Positions 1 through 9,617 of a stretch of DNA of 32,000 nt are shown here, piece after piece. The notes beneath the pieces are model-generated. The model was not told the origin of the DNA. It did no database searches and saw only the letters and a program-made list of their open reading frames with translations. Source of the stretch: Candidatus Electrothrix yaqonensis. Lineage in GTDB: Bacteria; Desulfobacterota; Desulfobulbia; Desulfobulbales; Desulfobulbaceae. The DNA lies in NCBI GenBank assembly GCA_047651235.1, contig CP178758.1, forward strand, positions 1,590,001 through 1,622,000, written 5' to 3'. The position numbers and the translations under genes are program-made. The first letter of the stretch is position 1. Every line of letters starts with the position of its first letter.

Positions 1-1
1 C

Positions 2-493
2 CTCCTGTATAATTTTGAGCAGATTATCCGGGCAATGCGTGAACTGCTGCCCAAGGTGCTGCCCGGACTTCTGGGCGGGACAGTCCTGCTCACGGTTTTT
101 CTGAATATGCTTATCTGCGGCGGTCTGCTGCGCAGATTGGCACCGGAAAAGGTCTGCTGGCCGCCATACAGGAGTTGGCGGCTGCCGGATAAGGCAATCT
201 GGCTGCTTATTTTTGCCTTTGCCTTGGCCCTTCTCGGTCCGGGCAGGCTGCGGGAAGCAGGCTACTGTCTGGTCATTATTGCCGTGCTGCTGTATTTTTT
301 TCAGGGAGCCGCTGTTTTTGTTCATCTCCTGCACCGCTGGAATATACCGCGTTTTTTCCGTTTTCTGCTCTATGGTATTGTTGCCCTGCAGAGCTACGGG
401 ATGCTTCTGCTTGCTGTTGCCGGAGTCGCTGATGTCTGGGCTGATTTCCGCAAACTGGATCGGGAAACTCAGGAAGAAGATCATTCAGATTAA
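2..493 (+). CDS. DUF2232/YybS-like polytopic membrane protein (5' end outside window)
   Basis: Frame is open from nt 2 (LLYNFEQIIRAMREL...), so the Met at 35 is probably internal. Several hydrophobic helices; C-terminal ...GVADVWADFRKLD. Lies directly upstream of rplI-dnaB, the usual position of yybS-like DUF2232 genes. Confidence 0.55.
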   Translation, partial: LLYNFEQIIRAMRELLPKVLPGLLGGTVLLTVFLNMLICGGLLRRLAPEKVCWPPYRSWRLPDKAIWLLIFAFALALLGPGRLREAGYCLVIIAVLLYFFQGAAVFVHLLHRWNIPRFFRFLLYGIVALQSYGMLLLAVAGVADVWADFRKLDRETQEEDHSD

Positions 494-528
494 TTCTGTA
501 TTATTTTTTATAAAATTGGTGAGGATCA

Positions 529-990
529 ATGGAAGTTATACTGAAAAGAACGATCGACACGCTCGGACGTGAAGGTGAGATTGTCAATGTAAAGCCGGGA
601 TATGCCCGCAACTACCTTATTCCGCAGAACATGGCTTCTTCTGTGAACAAGGCCAGTCTGGCCCGTCTGCAGAGAGAGCAGGAAACCATTGCCAAGCGCC
701 GGGAAGAGGAGAAAAAGAGCGCGGAAAAACTTGCAGCGCAGCTTGAGAACGCGACTGTGGTGATTCCCCGGAAAGTGGGCCGGGAAGGACGGCTCTTCGG
801 CTCTGTGAACAGTTCGGATATCGCTGACCGGCTGGCGGAACAGGGCGTAACGCTTGACCGGCGGGCTATCATGCTGGCCGACCCCATCAAGACAATCGGA
901 GAATCCAGGGTAACGATCAAGGTCGGCTACCAGATGACCACAGAGATTACTGTTCAGGTCGCTCCGGAAACAGTGACTGAAGAGCAGTAA
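529..990 (+). CDS. rplI: 50S ribosomal protein L9 (bL9)
   Basis: MEVILKRTIDTLGREGEIVNVKPGYARNYLIPQN... is the canonical bL9 N-terminal domain. 153 aa; GGTGAGGA Shine-Dalgarno just upstream; followed by dnaB as in many bacteria. Confidence 0.97.
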   Translation: MEVILKRTIDTLGREGEIVNVKPGYARNYLIPQNMASSVNKASLARLQREQETIAKRREEEKKSAEKLAAQLENATVVIPRKVGREGRLFGSVNSSDIADRLAEQGVTLDRRAIMLADPIKTIGESRVTIKVGYQMTTEITVQVAPETVTEEQ

Positions 991-1034
991 GCTTTTTTGT
1001 CCGGCTTCGCGGTCGGTTCTGCCGCCCGCCCGCA

Positions 1035-1067
1035 TCATGCTGCTGCTCTTTCCTGACAGCAGCATGA
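1035..1067 (+). promoter_or_regulatory. Perfect 11-bp-stem hairpin between rplI and dnaB (possible attenuator/processing site)
   Basis: tcatgctgctg (1035-1045) pairs with cagcagcatga (1057-1067) across an 11-nt loop. No T-tract follows, so this is not a classical intrinsic terminator. Confidence 0.3.
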
Positions 1068-1139
1068 CCTTTACGTCTGTTCGTCACCGTCTGCCTTTCA
1101 GCCTTCGCAGGTATTCTTTTCTTATGGCAGCGTTCCGGC

Positions 1140-2546
1140 ATGTCTGATCGTACGTTCCCCCCTCCGTCCGGAGACAGCTCATTCCCTGCCACTGCTCATG
1201 CACATCAGATGCTTCCGCCGCAGAATGTGGAAGCGGAACAGGCTCTTCTCGGCACTATCCTGATTCAGGACAAGTCGCTGCTGAGCGTTGTTGAGCTGCT
1301 CTCCCCTGAGGATTTTTATCGCGATGCCCACAAGGTTATCTTTGAAGCCCTGGTTTCTCTGTTTGACCGGCGAGAGCCTCATGACCTGATCACGGTGACC
1401 AGCCTGCTGCGCGACCGGAACAAGCTGGAACAGGTCGGCGGAGCAGCCTATCTGACCTCGCTCACCGATGTGATTCCGTTTACCGGGATGCTGGTCCATC
1501 ACGCGAGGATTATCCGCGAAAAGGCCATCCTGCGCAAACTGATTCAGACCAGTAACGAGGTGGCAGCCCGTTGCTACGATGCCCAAGATGATCTTGAGAG
1601 CCTGGTGGACAGGGCAGAGCAGACGATTTTTGAAATCGCGCAGGCCCGGAAAAAGCAGGGCTTTGAACCCATGTCCCGCATTATTCCCAAAGCCTTTGAC
1701 CGGGTGACCCGGCTTGCTGAACGGAAAGAGCATATCACCGGGATTTCCACAGGATACGACGAGCTGGATCGGATGACCGCTGGCCTGCAGCCGTCTGATC
1801 TTATTATACTTGCCGGAAGACCCTCAATGGGAAAGACCGCACTGGGAATGAATATGGTCCAGCACGCTGCGCTGATCAATAAAGTGCCGGTGGCGGTGTT
1901 CAGTCTGGAGATGTCTATGGAACAGCTCGCCCTGCGTATGCTTTGTTCTGTGGGCCGGGTTGATTCCCAGCGTATCCGCACCGGGCATCTGCAGGAAAAT
2001 GACTGGCCCAAGCTGACTAGGGCCACAGGAATGCTCGCCGATTCTCCGGTGTACATTGATGATACCGCCGGGCTGACCGTGCTGGAAATGCGGGCCAAGG
2101 CCAGACGGCTGAAATCAGAGCATGATCTCGGCCTAGTGGTGGTGGACTACCTGCAGCTTATGCAGGGAAATTCGCGGATTGAAAACCGCACCCAGGAAAT
2201 CAGTGATATTTCCCGTTCCCTCAAAGCGATGGCCAAGGAGCTGGATGTTCCGGTTATTGCTCTGTCCCAGCTCAACCGGAGCCTGGAGAGCCGCACCGAC
2301 AAGCGGCCGCAGCTATCGGATCTTCGCGAAAGTGGTGCAATTGAACAAGACGCTGATGTTATTCTGTTTATTTACAGAGATGAAGTGTACAACAAGGCGG
2401 AAGATAATCCCAATCGGGGGCTTGCCGAGCTGATTGTGGGCAAGCAGCGTAACGGTCCCATCGGCACGGTAAAACTGACCTTTCTCGGCGAGTTTACCAC
2501 GTTTGAGAACTACACCAGCCACGAACCGCCTATGAGGTACGAGTAA
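1140..2546 (+). CDS. dnaB: Replicative DNA helicase DnaB
   Basis: N-terminal PPQNVEAEQALLGTILIQ motif, Walker A GRPSMGKTALG, VVVDYLQLM, SQLNRSLE, KQRNGPIG. 468 aa. Confidence 0.97.
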   Translation: MSDRTFPPPSGDSSFPATAHAHQMLPPQNVEAEQALLGTILIQDKSLLSVVELLSPEDFYRDAHKVIFEALVSLFDRREPHDLITVTSLLRDRNKLEQVGGAAYLTSLTDVIPFTGMLVHHARIIREKAILRKLIQTSNEVAARCYDAQDDLESLVDRAEQTIFEIAQARKKQGFEPMSRIIPKAFDRVTRLAERKEHITGISTGYDELDRMTAGLQPSDLIILAGRPSMGKTALGMNMVQHAALINKVPVAVFSLEMSMEQLALRMLCSVGRVDSQRIRTGHLQENDWPKLTRATGMLADSPVYIDDTAGLTVLEMRAKARRLKSEHDLGLVVVDYLQLMQGNSRIENRTQEISDISRSLKAMAKELDVPVIALSQLNRSLESRTDKRPQLSDLRESGAIEQDADVILFIYRDEVYNKAEDNPNRGLAELIVGKQRNGPIGTVKLTFLGEFTTFENYTSHEPPMRYE

Positions 2547-2674
2547 CAACAGAGCAGAGCGAGAAAAACGTGGTGCTTCCGGGAGGCTTGATCCTTTGAT
2601 TGACAATATCCGGACAGCTGGTACAATTCGGCGGCAGTTATGCAGAAATTCATCAGGGGAACTGTCGATTTGTC

Positions 2675-3211
2675 ATGCAGCTGACAGAGCGGGAACTGCC
2701 GCATTATACCTACAACGAGTACAGTGCCTGGGAAGGCCGCTGGGAACTGATTCAGGGCATTCCCTATGCCATGTCCCCTTCTCCATCCTATGCCCATCAG
2801 CGGATCAGTCAAAAAATAGCCCGACTGCTGGATGAAGCTCTGGATGACTGTGCATCCTGCCGGGCTGTTCTGCCGGTTGACTGGAAGATTGCCGACGACA
2901 CGGTTGTCCAGCCCGACAACATGGTTCTCTGCTATCAGCCGGAGGGCCTGTTTCTGACCAAGGCTCCTTCCCTGATTGTTGAAATTCTGTCCCCTTCCAC
3001 CTCCAGCAAAGACCGTATTACCAAATTCAATCTTTATCAGGAAGAAGGGGTCGATTATTATTGCATTGTTGATCCGGCGACAAAGACAACCAAAATTTAT
3101 GTTCTGCAGAACGGCCGGTACAGCAAACTGTTGGATGCGACAGACGAGACTGTGACCTTTACCCTGAAAGAATGCGTTTTTGATGTTGATTTTTCCCGGA
3201 TCTGGGATTGA
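2675..3211 (+). CDS. Uma2-family (DUF820) PD-(D/E)xK endonuclease
   Basis: YTYNEY...[32 protein letters not shown] and [37 protein letters not shown] match Uma2 family hallmarks. Start is uncertain: ATG at 2675 is preferred, and the ORF track's start at 2600 is a TTG. Confidence 0.75.
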   Translation: MQLTERELPHYTYNEYSAWEGRWELIQGIPYAMSPSPSYAHQRISQKIARLLDEALDDCASCRAVLPVDWKIADDTVVQPDNMVLCYQPEGLFLTKAPSLIVEILSPSTSSKDRITKFNLYQEEGVDYYCIVDPATKTTKIYVLQNGRYSKLLDATDETVTFTLKECVFDVDFSRIWD

Positions 3212-3228
3212 AAAAAGAAGAGAAACCT

Positions 3229-5733
3229 ATGAGCGAGACAAGGCAGGAAGCCCGAAAATACGATTTCAAAACTATTGAAGCTAAATGGCAGCAGCGCTGG
3301 CAGGAAGAAAAATCATATAAGGTCAGCGAAGACCCGGACCGGGAAAAATATTATCTGCTGGAGATGTTCCCCTATCCCTCCGGCCGTATCCATATGGGCC
3401 ATGTCCGCAACTACTCCATCGGCGATGTAATTGCCCGGTATAAACGGATGCGCGGCTTCAATGTGCTGCACCCGATGGGTTGGGATGCCTTCGGCTTGCC
3501 CGCAGAAAATGCCGCTCTGAAACGGGGCGTCCATCCGGCAAAATGGACCTACGACAATATCAGCTACATGCGCGATCAGCTCAAGGCTATGGGGCTGAGC
3601 TATGACTGGGACCGGGAAATCGCCACCTGTCATCCGGAATATTACCGCTGGGAGCAGCTGGTTTTTCTCCAGCTCCTGGAAAAAGGACTGGTCTACCGCA
3701 AAAAGACCACGGTCAACTGGTGCGAGGACTGCGCCACAGTGCTGGCTCGTGAGCAGGTCATTGACGGCTGCTGCTGGCGCTGCGATCAGCAGGTGGTGCC
3801 GAAAAACATGTACGGCTGGTTCCTCAAGATCACCGATTATGCCGACGAACTGCTGGACGATCTGGACAAGCTCAGCGGCTGGCCGGAAAAAGTGGTCACC
3901 ATGCAACGCAATTGGATCGGCAAAAGCCGGGGCCTTGCTTGCGATTTTTCGGTTCAAGGGCATGAGGAAAAAATCACCATCTTTACCACCCGCCCGGACA
4001 CCATCTTCGGGGTGACCTTCATGTCGCTGGCTGTGGAGCACCCGCTCATCGACGCCCTGATTGCCGGAACCGAGCATGAAGAGCCGGTCCGCCAGTTTAT
4101 CGAGCAGACTTTGCTGGAAAAACAGCGCATAGCCCTGGATCAGGAGCCGGAAAAACACGGTATATTCACCGGCAAATACTGTGTCAATCCCTTTAACGGT
4201 GATCGTGTACCCATCTATGTGGCCAATTTTGTCCTCATGGAATACGGCACCGGCGCGGTCATGGCCGTGCCTGCCCATGATCAGCGCGATTTTGACTTTG
4301 CCCGCAAATACGGTCTGCCTGTGCGTCCGGTGGTGCAGCCAGAGGAAAAACTGGACGGGAACAGCATGGAGGCGGCCTGGGAAGGAGACGGCATTCTGGC
4401 CGATTCAGCCGAATTCAGCGGTCTGCCTTCGGCTGAGGCCAAGCAGGCCATTATTGCCCATGCGGAAAAACAGGGCTTCGGCAAAGCCCATATCACCTAC
4501 CGCCTGCGGGACTGGGGGATCTCCCGCCAGCGCTACTGGGGCGCACCTATCCCGGTGATTCATTGCGCTGCCTGCGGCGTGGTGCCGGTGCCGGAGGAGC
4601 AACTGCCTATTGTTCTGCCCGGTGCTGCGCCGCCCTACGGCAGTCATGCTCCGTTGCATCAGCAGGAGGTTTTTTATACCGCTACCTGCCCTGAATGCGG
4701 CAACCCTGCACAGCGGGAGACCGATACGATGGACACCTTTATGGAGTCGTCCTGGTACTTTGCCCGCTACACCAGCCCGCGCAGCCAGGACGGCCCTCTT
4801 AACCGGCAGGCAGCGCAATACTGGCTGTCCGTGGATCAGTACATCGGCGGCGTGGAACATGCCATCCTTCATCTCCTCTATGCCCGTTTTTTTGCAAAAA
4901 TTCTGCGCGATCTCGGATATGTGGATATTGACGAGCCCTTCACCAATCTGCTCACCCAGGGTATGGTGATCAAAGACGGGGCCAAGATGTCCAAGTCCAA
5001 GGGCAATGTGGTGGATCCGCACGACCTTATTACGCAGTACGGTGCCGATACAGTACGCCTGTTTTCCCTGTTTGCCGCGCCGCCGGAACGGGATCTGGAA
5101 TGGAACGCTCAGGGGGTTGAGGGCAGTTTCCGTTTTCTCAACCGGGTATTCCGGCTGGTGCAGGTGAACTTGGCCTGTTTTGCAGGGTCCGGGCAGGAAG
5201 AAATGGAAATTCAGCTTGATCAGCTGAACCAGACAGACCGGCAGCTGCATCGCAAGACCCATCAGACCATCCGGCGGGTGACCGACAGCATTGAAAGCAA
5301 TTTTCATTTCAATACCGCCATCGCCGGGGTTATGGAGCTGGTCAATCAGATCAGTTCAACAGCGGGAGAGGGAGCAGAACAGTCAGTCAATAAAGCTGTG
5401 CTCCAGGAAGCTCTGCAGACCGTGCTGATCCTCCTCCTTCCTATGGTGCCGCATTTCTGCGAGGAACTCTGGCAGCTGACCGGTCATGAGAATTCTTTAG
5501 ATAGGGAGCAGTGGCCTGACTTTGATCCGGAGGCCGCCAGGGAGGATGAACTCACCATTGTGGTGCAGGTTAACGGCAAGGTGCGGTCCCGCCTCCAGGT
5601 CCCAGCTGACAGTACCGAAGATGCTCTCAAGGAAAAGGCCCTGGCGGATGAGCGGATTGTCAGCTTTACTGCAGGCAAAACGCCGAAAAAAATCATTGTG
5701 GTTCAGGGTAAACTTGTTAATATTGTTCTGTAG
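3229..5733 (+). CDS. leuS: Leucine--tRNA ligase
   Basis: Class I HIGH motif ([15 protein letters not shown]) and KMSKS motif ([12 protein letters not shown]); CP1 editing domain present. ATG at 3229 fits homolog N-termini (..[14 protein letters not shown]). The ORF-track start at 3208 is a TTG overlapping the Uma2 stop. Confidence 0.97.
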   Translation: MSETRQEARKYDFKTIEAKWQQRWQEEKSYKVSEDPDREKYYLLEMFPYPSGRIHMGHVRNYSIGDVIARYKRMRGFNVLHPMGWDAFGLPAENAALKRGVHPAKWTYDNISYMRDQLKAMGLSYDWDREIATCHPEYYRWEQLVFLQLLEKGLVYRKKTTVNWCEDCATVLAREQVIDGCCWRCDQQVVPKNMYGWFLKITDYADELLDDLDKLSGWPEKVVTMQRNWIGKSRGLACDFSVQGHEEKITIFTTRPDTIFGVTFMSLAVEHPLIDALIAGTEHEEPVRQFIEQTLLEKQRIALDQEPEKHGIFTGKYCVNPFNGDRVPIYVANFVLMEYGTGAVMAVPAHDQRDFDFARKYGLPVRPVVQPEEKLDGNSMEAAWEGDGILADSAEFSGLPSAEAKQAIIAHAEKQGFGKAHITYRLRDWGISRQRYWGAPIPVIHCAACGVVPVPEEQLPIVLPGAAPPYGSHAPLHQQEVFYTATCPECGNPAQRETDTMDTFMESSWYFARYTSPRSQDGPLNRQAAQYWLSVDQYIGGVEHAILHLLYARFFAKILRDLGYVDIDEPFTNLLTQGMVIKDGAKMSKSKGNVVDPHDLITQYGADTVRLFSLFAAPPERDLEWNAQGVEGSFRFLNRVFRLVQVNLACFAGSGQEEMEIQLDQLNQTDRQLHRKTHQTIRRVTDSIESNFHFNTAIAGVMELVNQISSTAGEGAEQSVNKAVLQEALQTVLILLLPMVPHFCEELWQLTGHENSLDREQWPDFDPEAAREDELTIVVQVNGKVRSRLQVPADSTEDALKEKALADERIVSFTAGKTPKKIIVVQGKLVNIVL

Positions 5734-5818
5734 CATGTAGAATAAAGCCGGTCATTCTTCAGGCCGTTATACGGTCGGATTCCAGGATAAAAGAAAGCTG
5801 AGAAAAAGGGGAGTAATC

Positions 5819-6370
5819 GTGTTCGGAACGTCTCGAAATCTACTGGTCTTTTGCGGCCTTTTGCTGATACTCAGCGGTTGCGGATATTACTTCCCCAATG
5901 TGTACAGCGGGCCGGAAAGATCGGTGTATATGCCGAATTGGAAAAACCGGACAGACAAGCTCGGTATTGATAATCTCATGTATCAGTCCCTGTCAGCATG
6001 GTTTCAGAAATCCGACAAGATCAACCTGACCAAGGACAGAGAAGGGGCTGATCTGATCCTTGCTGGAGAAATTGTTTCCATTGATTTGCCCAGTATCGGC
6101 TGGGATATGGAGGAACACACTACGGATGTCAAGGTGGAGCTGCGGCTGCGCTATGTGCTCAAGGATCTGCAGACCGGCAAAATCGTCTGGGAGGTTCCCA
6201 CTGATATCTGGACGGAAAATTACAATACCCTGACACAAAAAGCGGATTCCGAAGATGAAGCTGTGGAGGAGATTCTCGATCAGGTTTCAGAGAAAATTTA
6301 TCTCGGCACAATCATGAAGCTCCGCAAGATGAACCCGGACCGGACTGTTCAGGAGCCGAATGACAGGTAG
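5819..6370 (+). CDS. lptE: LPS-assembly lipoprotein LptE
   Basis: GTG start; lipoprotein signal with lipobox LILSGC|G; ~180 aa. Conserved leuS-lptE synteny. Confidence 0.7.
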   Translation: MFGTSRNLLVFCGLLLILSGCGYYFPNVYSGPERSVYMPNWKNRTDKLGIDNLMYQSLSAWFQKSDKINLTKDREGADLILAGEIVSIDLPSIGWDMEEHTTDVKVELRLRYVLKDLQTGKIVWEVPTDIWTENYNTLTQKADSEDEAVEEILDQVSEKIYLGTIMKLRKMNPDRTVQEPNDR

Positions 6371-6447
6371 CCTCCATCTCCTCTCTTTATTATTCCTGCA
6401 GCTGTCCGGTTTTTCGGCGGCTGAGGGTGACATAAAGTAAGGTGCTG

Positions 6448-6489
6448 CGGCTCTGTTCAGAACGGCTGGACAGAGCCGTATTTGTTTGT
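6448..6489 (+). terminator. Rho-independent terminator after lptE
   Basis: cggctctgt (6448-6456) pairs with acagagccg (6470-6478), followed by tatttgtttgt. Confidence 0.6.
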
Positions 6490-6532
6490 ATCCATCTGTT
6501 TCTGCTTGATTGATCTACATTGATGCTGAAAA

Positions 6533-8302
6533 ATGCTGAACAAAACGACAGCCGTTACGGATGAATCCCTGTACAGCCGGCTGATTGATTGTGCTGCGGG
6601 CAGAATTCCGGCTGATCTTGTTTTGAAGAACGGACAGGTTGTTCATGTTTTCTCAGGTGAAATCAGACAGGAAAATGTGGCTGTCATCAACGGACATATT
6701 GCCGGGACAGGGGAATACGACGGCAAGAAGACTGTAGATCTTGCAGGGCGGTATATCAGTCCGGGCTTCATTGAGGGGCATATTCATATCGAAAGCTCCA
6801 TGCTGACGCCTTCCCGGTTCGCAGCAGCGGTTCTGTCCTGCGGCACGACAACGGTCATCTGTGATCCTCACGAAATTGCCAATGTCTGCGGAACAGCCGG
6901 GGTTGATTTCATGCTCGCCCGGACCACACCGTTGGCAGTATACGGAATGGCCCCCTCCTGTGTACCGGCCACGCATCTGGAAACCAGCGGCGCAGTGCTT
7001 TCAGCAGAGGATATCGATGAACTCCTTGCCCGGCCTGATATCATCGGACTGGCTGAAATGATGAATTTTCCCGGCACAGTTGCCGGAGCTGCCGAGGTAC
7101 AGGAAAAAATCCTGCTTGCCCGAAGCAGAGGCATGCCGGTTGACGGACATGCCCCCGGACTCAGCGGCAAAGACCTGCAGGCCTATATCGCGGCCGGAAT
7201 AAGTTCGGACCATGAATGCACCACCCTGACCGAAGCAGAGGAGAAGCTGCGGGCCGGAATGGCGATCTTTATCCGTGAGGGATCAACCGCGCGCAACCTG
7301 GAGGCGCTGCTTCCTCTTCTCCGTTCCTCGGTTTCCCATCGTTGTCTGCTGGTGACCGACGACCGCCATGCCGATGATCTGGTGCGGCATGGTCATCTTG
7401 ACGCTCTTCTCCGGCGGGCTGTGGAGCTCGGAGCGGATGCTATGACTGCTCTGCAGATGGTCACGATCAACCCTGCCCGTCATTTCGGGCTGCAGGGCAT
7501 CGGCGCAGTTGCTCCGGGATACCGGGCGGATTTGGTTGTTTTGGACGACCTTGAGCAGTTCCGGGTGAATCAGGTATACTGCGCTGGAGAATGTGTCGCT
7601 GAACACGGCACTGTGGTAACGGAGTTCCCCGAACAGAAGCTTGCCGAGCTTGATCCGGCTGTCCGGGCCTCAGTCAGGATCCGGGCGGAGCAGATTGACC
7701 TTTCCCTGCCTGCCGGATCAGGATCAGAAAAGATACGGGTCATCACCTGTACTGAGGGGCAGATTGTCACCGGACAGTGTCTTCTGGAGCCGAAAATCCG
7801 GGAAGGCTACCTGGTTGCCGATGTTAAACGGGATATCCTGAAGATCGCTGTGATTGAACGGCATCACGGTACGCACCGTATCGGGATCGGTTTTGTCCGG
7901 GGACTCGGGCTGCAGCAGGGCGCAATAGGTTCAACTGTGGCGCATGACTCGCATAATCTGATTGTCGTGGGCACGGATGATGCCGCCATGCTGCTGGCAA
8001 TAAAAAAAATAATTGAAATGCAGGGCGGAATAGTGGTAACAGATGAAGAGCAGGTGCTTGCCGCTCTGCCCCTGCCTGTTGCCGGTCTGATGTCGGCAGA
8101 ATCGGCTGAACAGGTATGTGTCGATTTACAGATTATTGAACGTGCAACGCAGCAGATCGGAGCAGCAGTGAACAATCCCTGCATGCTCCTGAGTTTCCTT
8201 GCTCTGCCGGTTATCCCGGAGCTGAAAATTACTGACAGGGGGCTTGTTGATGTGCTGAAATTCAGCATTGTTCCCCTGCAGAGGGGCTGCAATAAACTGT
8301 AA
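6533..8302 (+). CDS. ade: Adenine deaminase
   Basis: Amidohydrolase metal site GFIEGHIHIESSMLTP. ~590 aa two-domain architecture with N-terminal DLVLKNGQVV...; typical adenine deaminase length and motifs. Confidence 0.9.
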   Translation: MLNKTTAVTDESLYSRLIDCAAGRIPADLVLKNGQVVHVFSGEIRQENVAVINGHIAGTGEYDGKKTVDLAGRYISPGFIEGHIHIESSMLTPSRFAAAVLSCGTTTVICDPHEIANVCGTAGVDFMLARTTPLAVYGMAPSCVPATHLETSGAVLSAEDIDELLARPDIIGLAEMMNFPGTVAGAAEVQEKILLARSRGMPVDGHAPGLSGKDLQAYIAAGISSDHECTTLTEAEEKLRAGMAIFIREGSTARNLEALLPLLRSSVSHRCLLVTDDRHADDLVRHGHLDALLRRAVELGADAMTALQMVTINPARHFGLQGIGAVAPGYRADLVVLDDLEQFRVNQVYCAGECVAEHGTVVTEFPEQKLAELDPAVRASVRIRAEQIDLSLPAGSGSEKIRVITCTEGQIVTGQCLLEPKIREGYLVADVKRDILKIAVIERHHGTHRIGIGFVRGLGLQQGAIGSTVAHDSHNLIVVGTDDAAMLLAIKKIIEMQGGIVVTDEEQVLAALPLPVAGLMSAESAEQVCVDLQIIERATQQIGAAVNNPCMLLSFLALPVIPELKITDRGLVDVLKFSIVPLQRGCNKL

Positions 8303-8445
8303 AAAATAGTATAATAATAGTATAAGCATTAAAAACGGCTTCATGTATGCAATTATCTGGCGTATAGTCATATAGTCAATCAGTGAAGATATACCGGCTG
8401 GCTCGGTCCCGCCGGACAGACAAGCAATGTTAACGAGGTAATCAG

Positions 8446-8844
8446 ATGAATTACGGTGTAGTCAGCCAGGAACAGCTTGAAAAGATTGATGAGATCCTGT
8501 CGGAGCAGCTCATCAAGATCGGAGTGGACTGTGTCATCATTATCGATATGGCGGGAAATATTATTACGGCCAAGGACAACGGCACATCCAAGTATGACGT
8601 CTATTCGTTTGCAGCTCTGGCAGCCGGTAACTTTGCCACTGTGGATGCGATGGCAAAACTGGTCGGAGAGCAGGAATTTTCTCTGCTTTTTCATAAGGGG
8701 ACGGACTGTAATATCCATTTTTCCAAGATTGATGAGGAGCTGCTGCTGATCACCATGTTCGGAAAACATATCTCACTCGGTTTTCTGCGGCTGAATGTTG
8801 TGAAGGCGCTGGAGCAGATACGGAAACTCTGGGCAGGCAAATAG
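8446..8844 (+). CDS. mglB: Roadblock/LC7-domain GTPase-activating protein MglB
   Basis: 132 aa. Collinear with Myxococcus MglB as I recall it (..VIIIDMAGNIIT.., SFAALAAGNFATVDAMAKLVGEQEF.., FHKG.., SLGFLRLNVVKA). GAGG RBS; immediately upstream of mglA. Confidence 0.88.
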   Translation: MNYGVVSQEQLEKIDEILSEQLIKIGVDCVIIIDMAGNIITAKDNGTSKYDVYSFAALAAGNFATVDAMAKLVGEQEFSLLFHKGTDCNIHFSKIDEELLLITMFGKHISLGFLRLNVVKALEQIRKLWAGK

Positions 8845-8924
8845 AGTTTTTTCTGTTGCGGTATCCGGCGGAGTCCCATCTCTGCTGAGCGCATGAATCC
8901 ACACCCCCATAGCAGGAGAGAACA

Positions 8925-9530
8925 TTGAGCTTTATTAATCTACGCGAAAAGATCGTTCAGGTAAAAGTTGTGTATTACGGTCCGGGCAGGGGAGGAAAGA
9001 CGTCCAACCTTGAATATATCAACCGGAAATTCAGCAAACAGATCCAGTCCGAAATGGTCAGTCTGAAGACGCACGGAGACCGTACCCTGTTTTTTGATTT
9101 TCTGCCCTTTGATATGGGAAAAATCAAAGGATATGAACTGAAGATTCAGCTCTATACCGTGCCGGGGCAGGTGAAATACAACGCCACCCGCAAGCTGGTG
9201 CTGAAAGGGGTGGACGGGATTGTTTTTGTTGCTGATGCCCAGGAGGCCATGCGGGAAAAGAATATCCGCTCCCTGAATCAGCTGCATGAAAATCTCAAAA
9301 GCTATAAGGAGTCCATTTTCAAAATTCCCCTGGTCATGCAGTACAATAAGGTGGATCTGCGTAACCAGGGAATTCCTGTCCTACCCACTGCGGTGCTGGA
9401 AAAGGATCTGAACAGCAAACTGAAGGTACCCTCTTTTGAAGCCAGTGCCCTGACGGGATATAATGTTCCTGAAACACTGAAAAAGATCATCTCATCCACA
9501 GTCGTGTCAGTGCAGAAGAAACTCCTGTAA
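8925..9530 (+). CDS. mglA: Ras-like polarity GTPase MglA
   Basis: TTG start with AGGAGAG RBS 5 nt upstream. MSFIN N-terminus, P-loop VVYYGPGRGGKT, DRTLFFDFLP, LYTVPGQV (switch II Gln), GIVFVADAQ, QYNKVDL (NKxD). Close to the M. xanthus MglA pattern. Confidence 0.93.
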   Translation: MSFINLREKIVQVKVVYYGPGRGGKTSNLEYINRKFSKQIQSEMVSLKTHGDRTLFFDFLPFDMGKIKGYELKIQLYTVPGQVKYNATRKLVLKGVDGIVFVADAQEAMREKNIRSLNQLHENLKSYKESIFKIPLVMQYNKVDLRNQGIPVLPTAVLEKDLNSKLKVPSFEASALTGYNVPETLKKIISSTVVSVQKKLL

Positions 9531-9617
9531 AGAGACGGACGAACGGCATGGGGGCGTTGTCGAGTACGGACATGAAAACGAATACCTCAGACACCTCAGA
9601 CGAATCTGGATAAGGTT

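Noticed and set aside
3313-5307. Two long - strand ORFs (321 and 300 aa) inside leuS
   Set aside because: They are antisense to an unambiguous leuS with HIGH and KMSKS motifs, and no recognisable domains are present. Shadow ORFs.
6371-6532. Possible purine riboswitch upstream of adenine deaminase
   Set aside because: I could not find the conserved purine-riboswitch core or a three-way junction. The only clear structure is the lptE terminator hairpin at 6448-6489.
8380-8769. 129-aa - strand ORF overlapping mglB
   Set aside because: It is antisense to a strongly supported MglB homolog and has no motif support.
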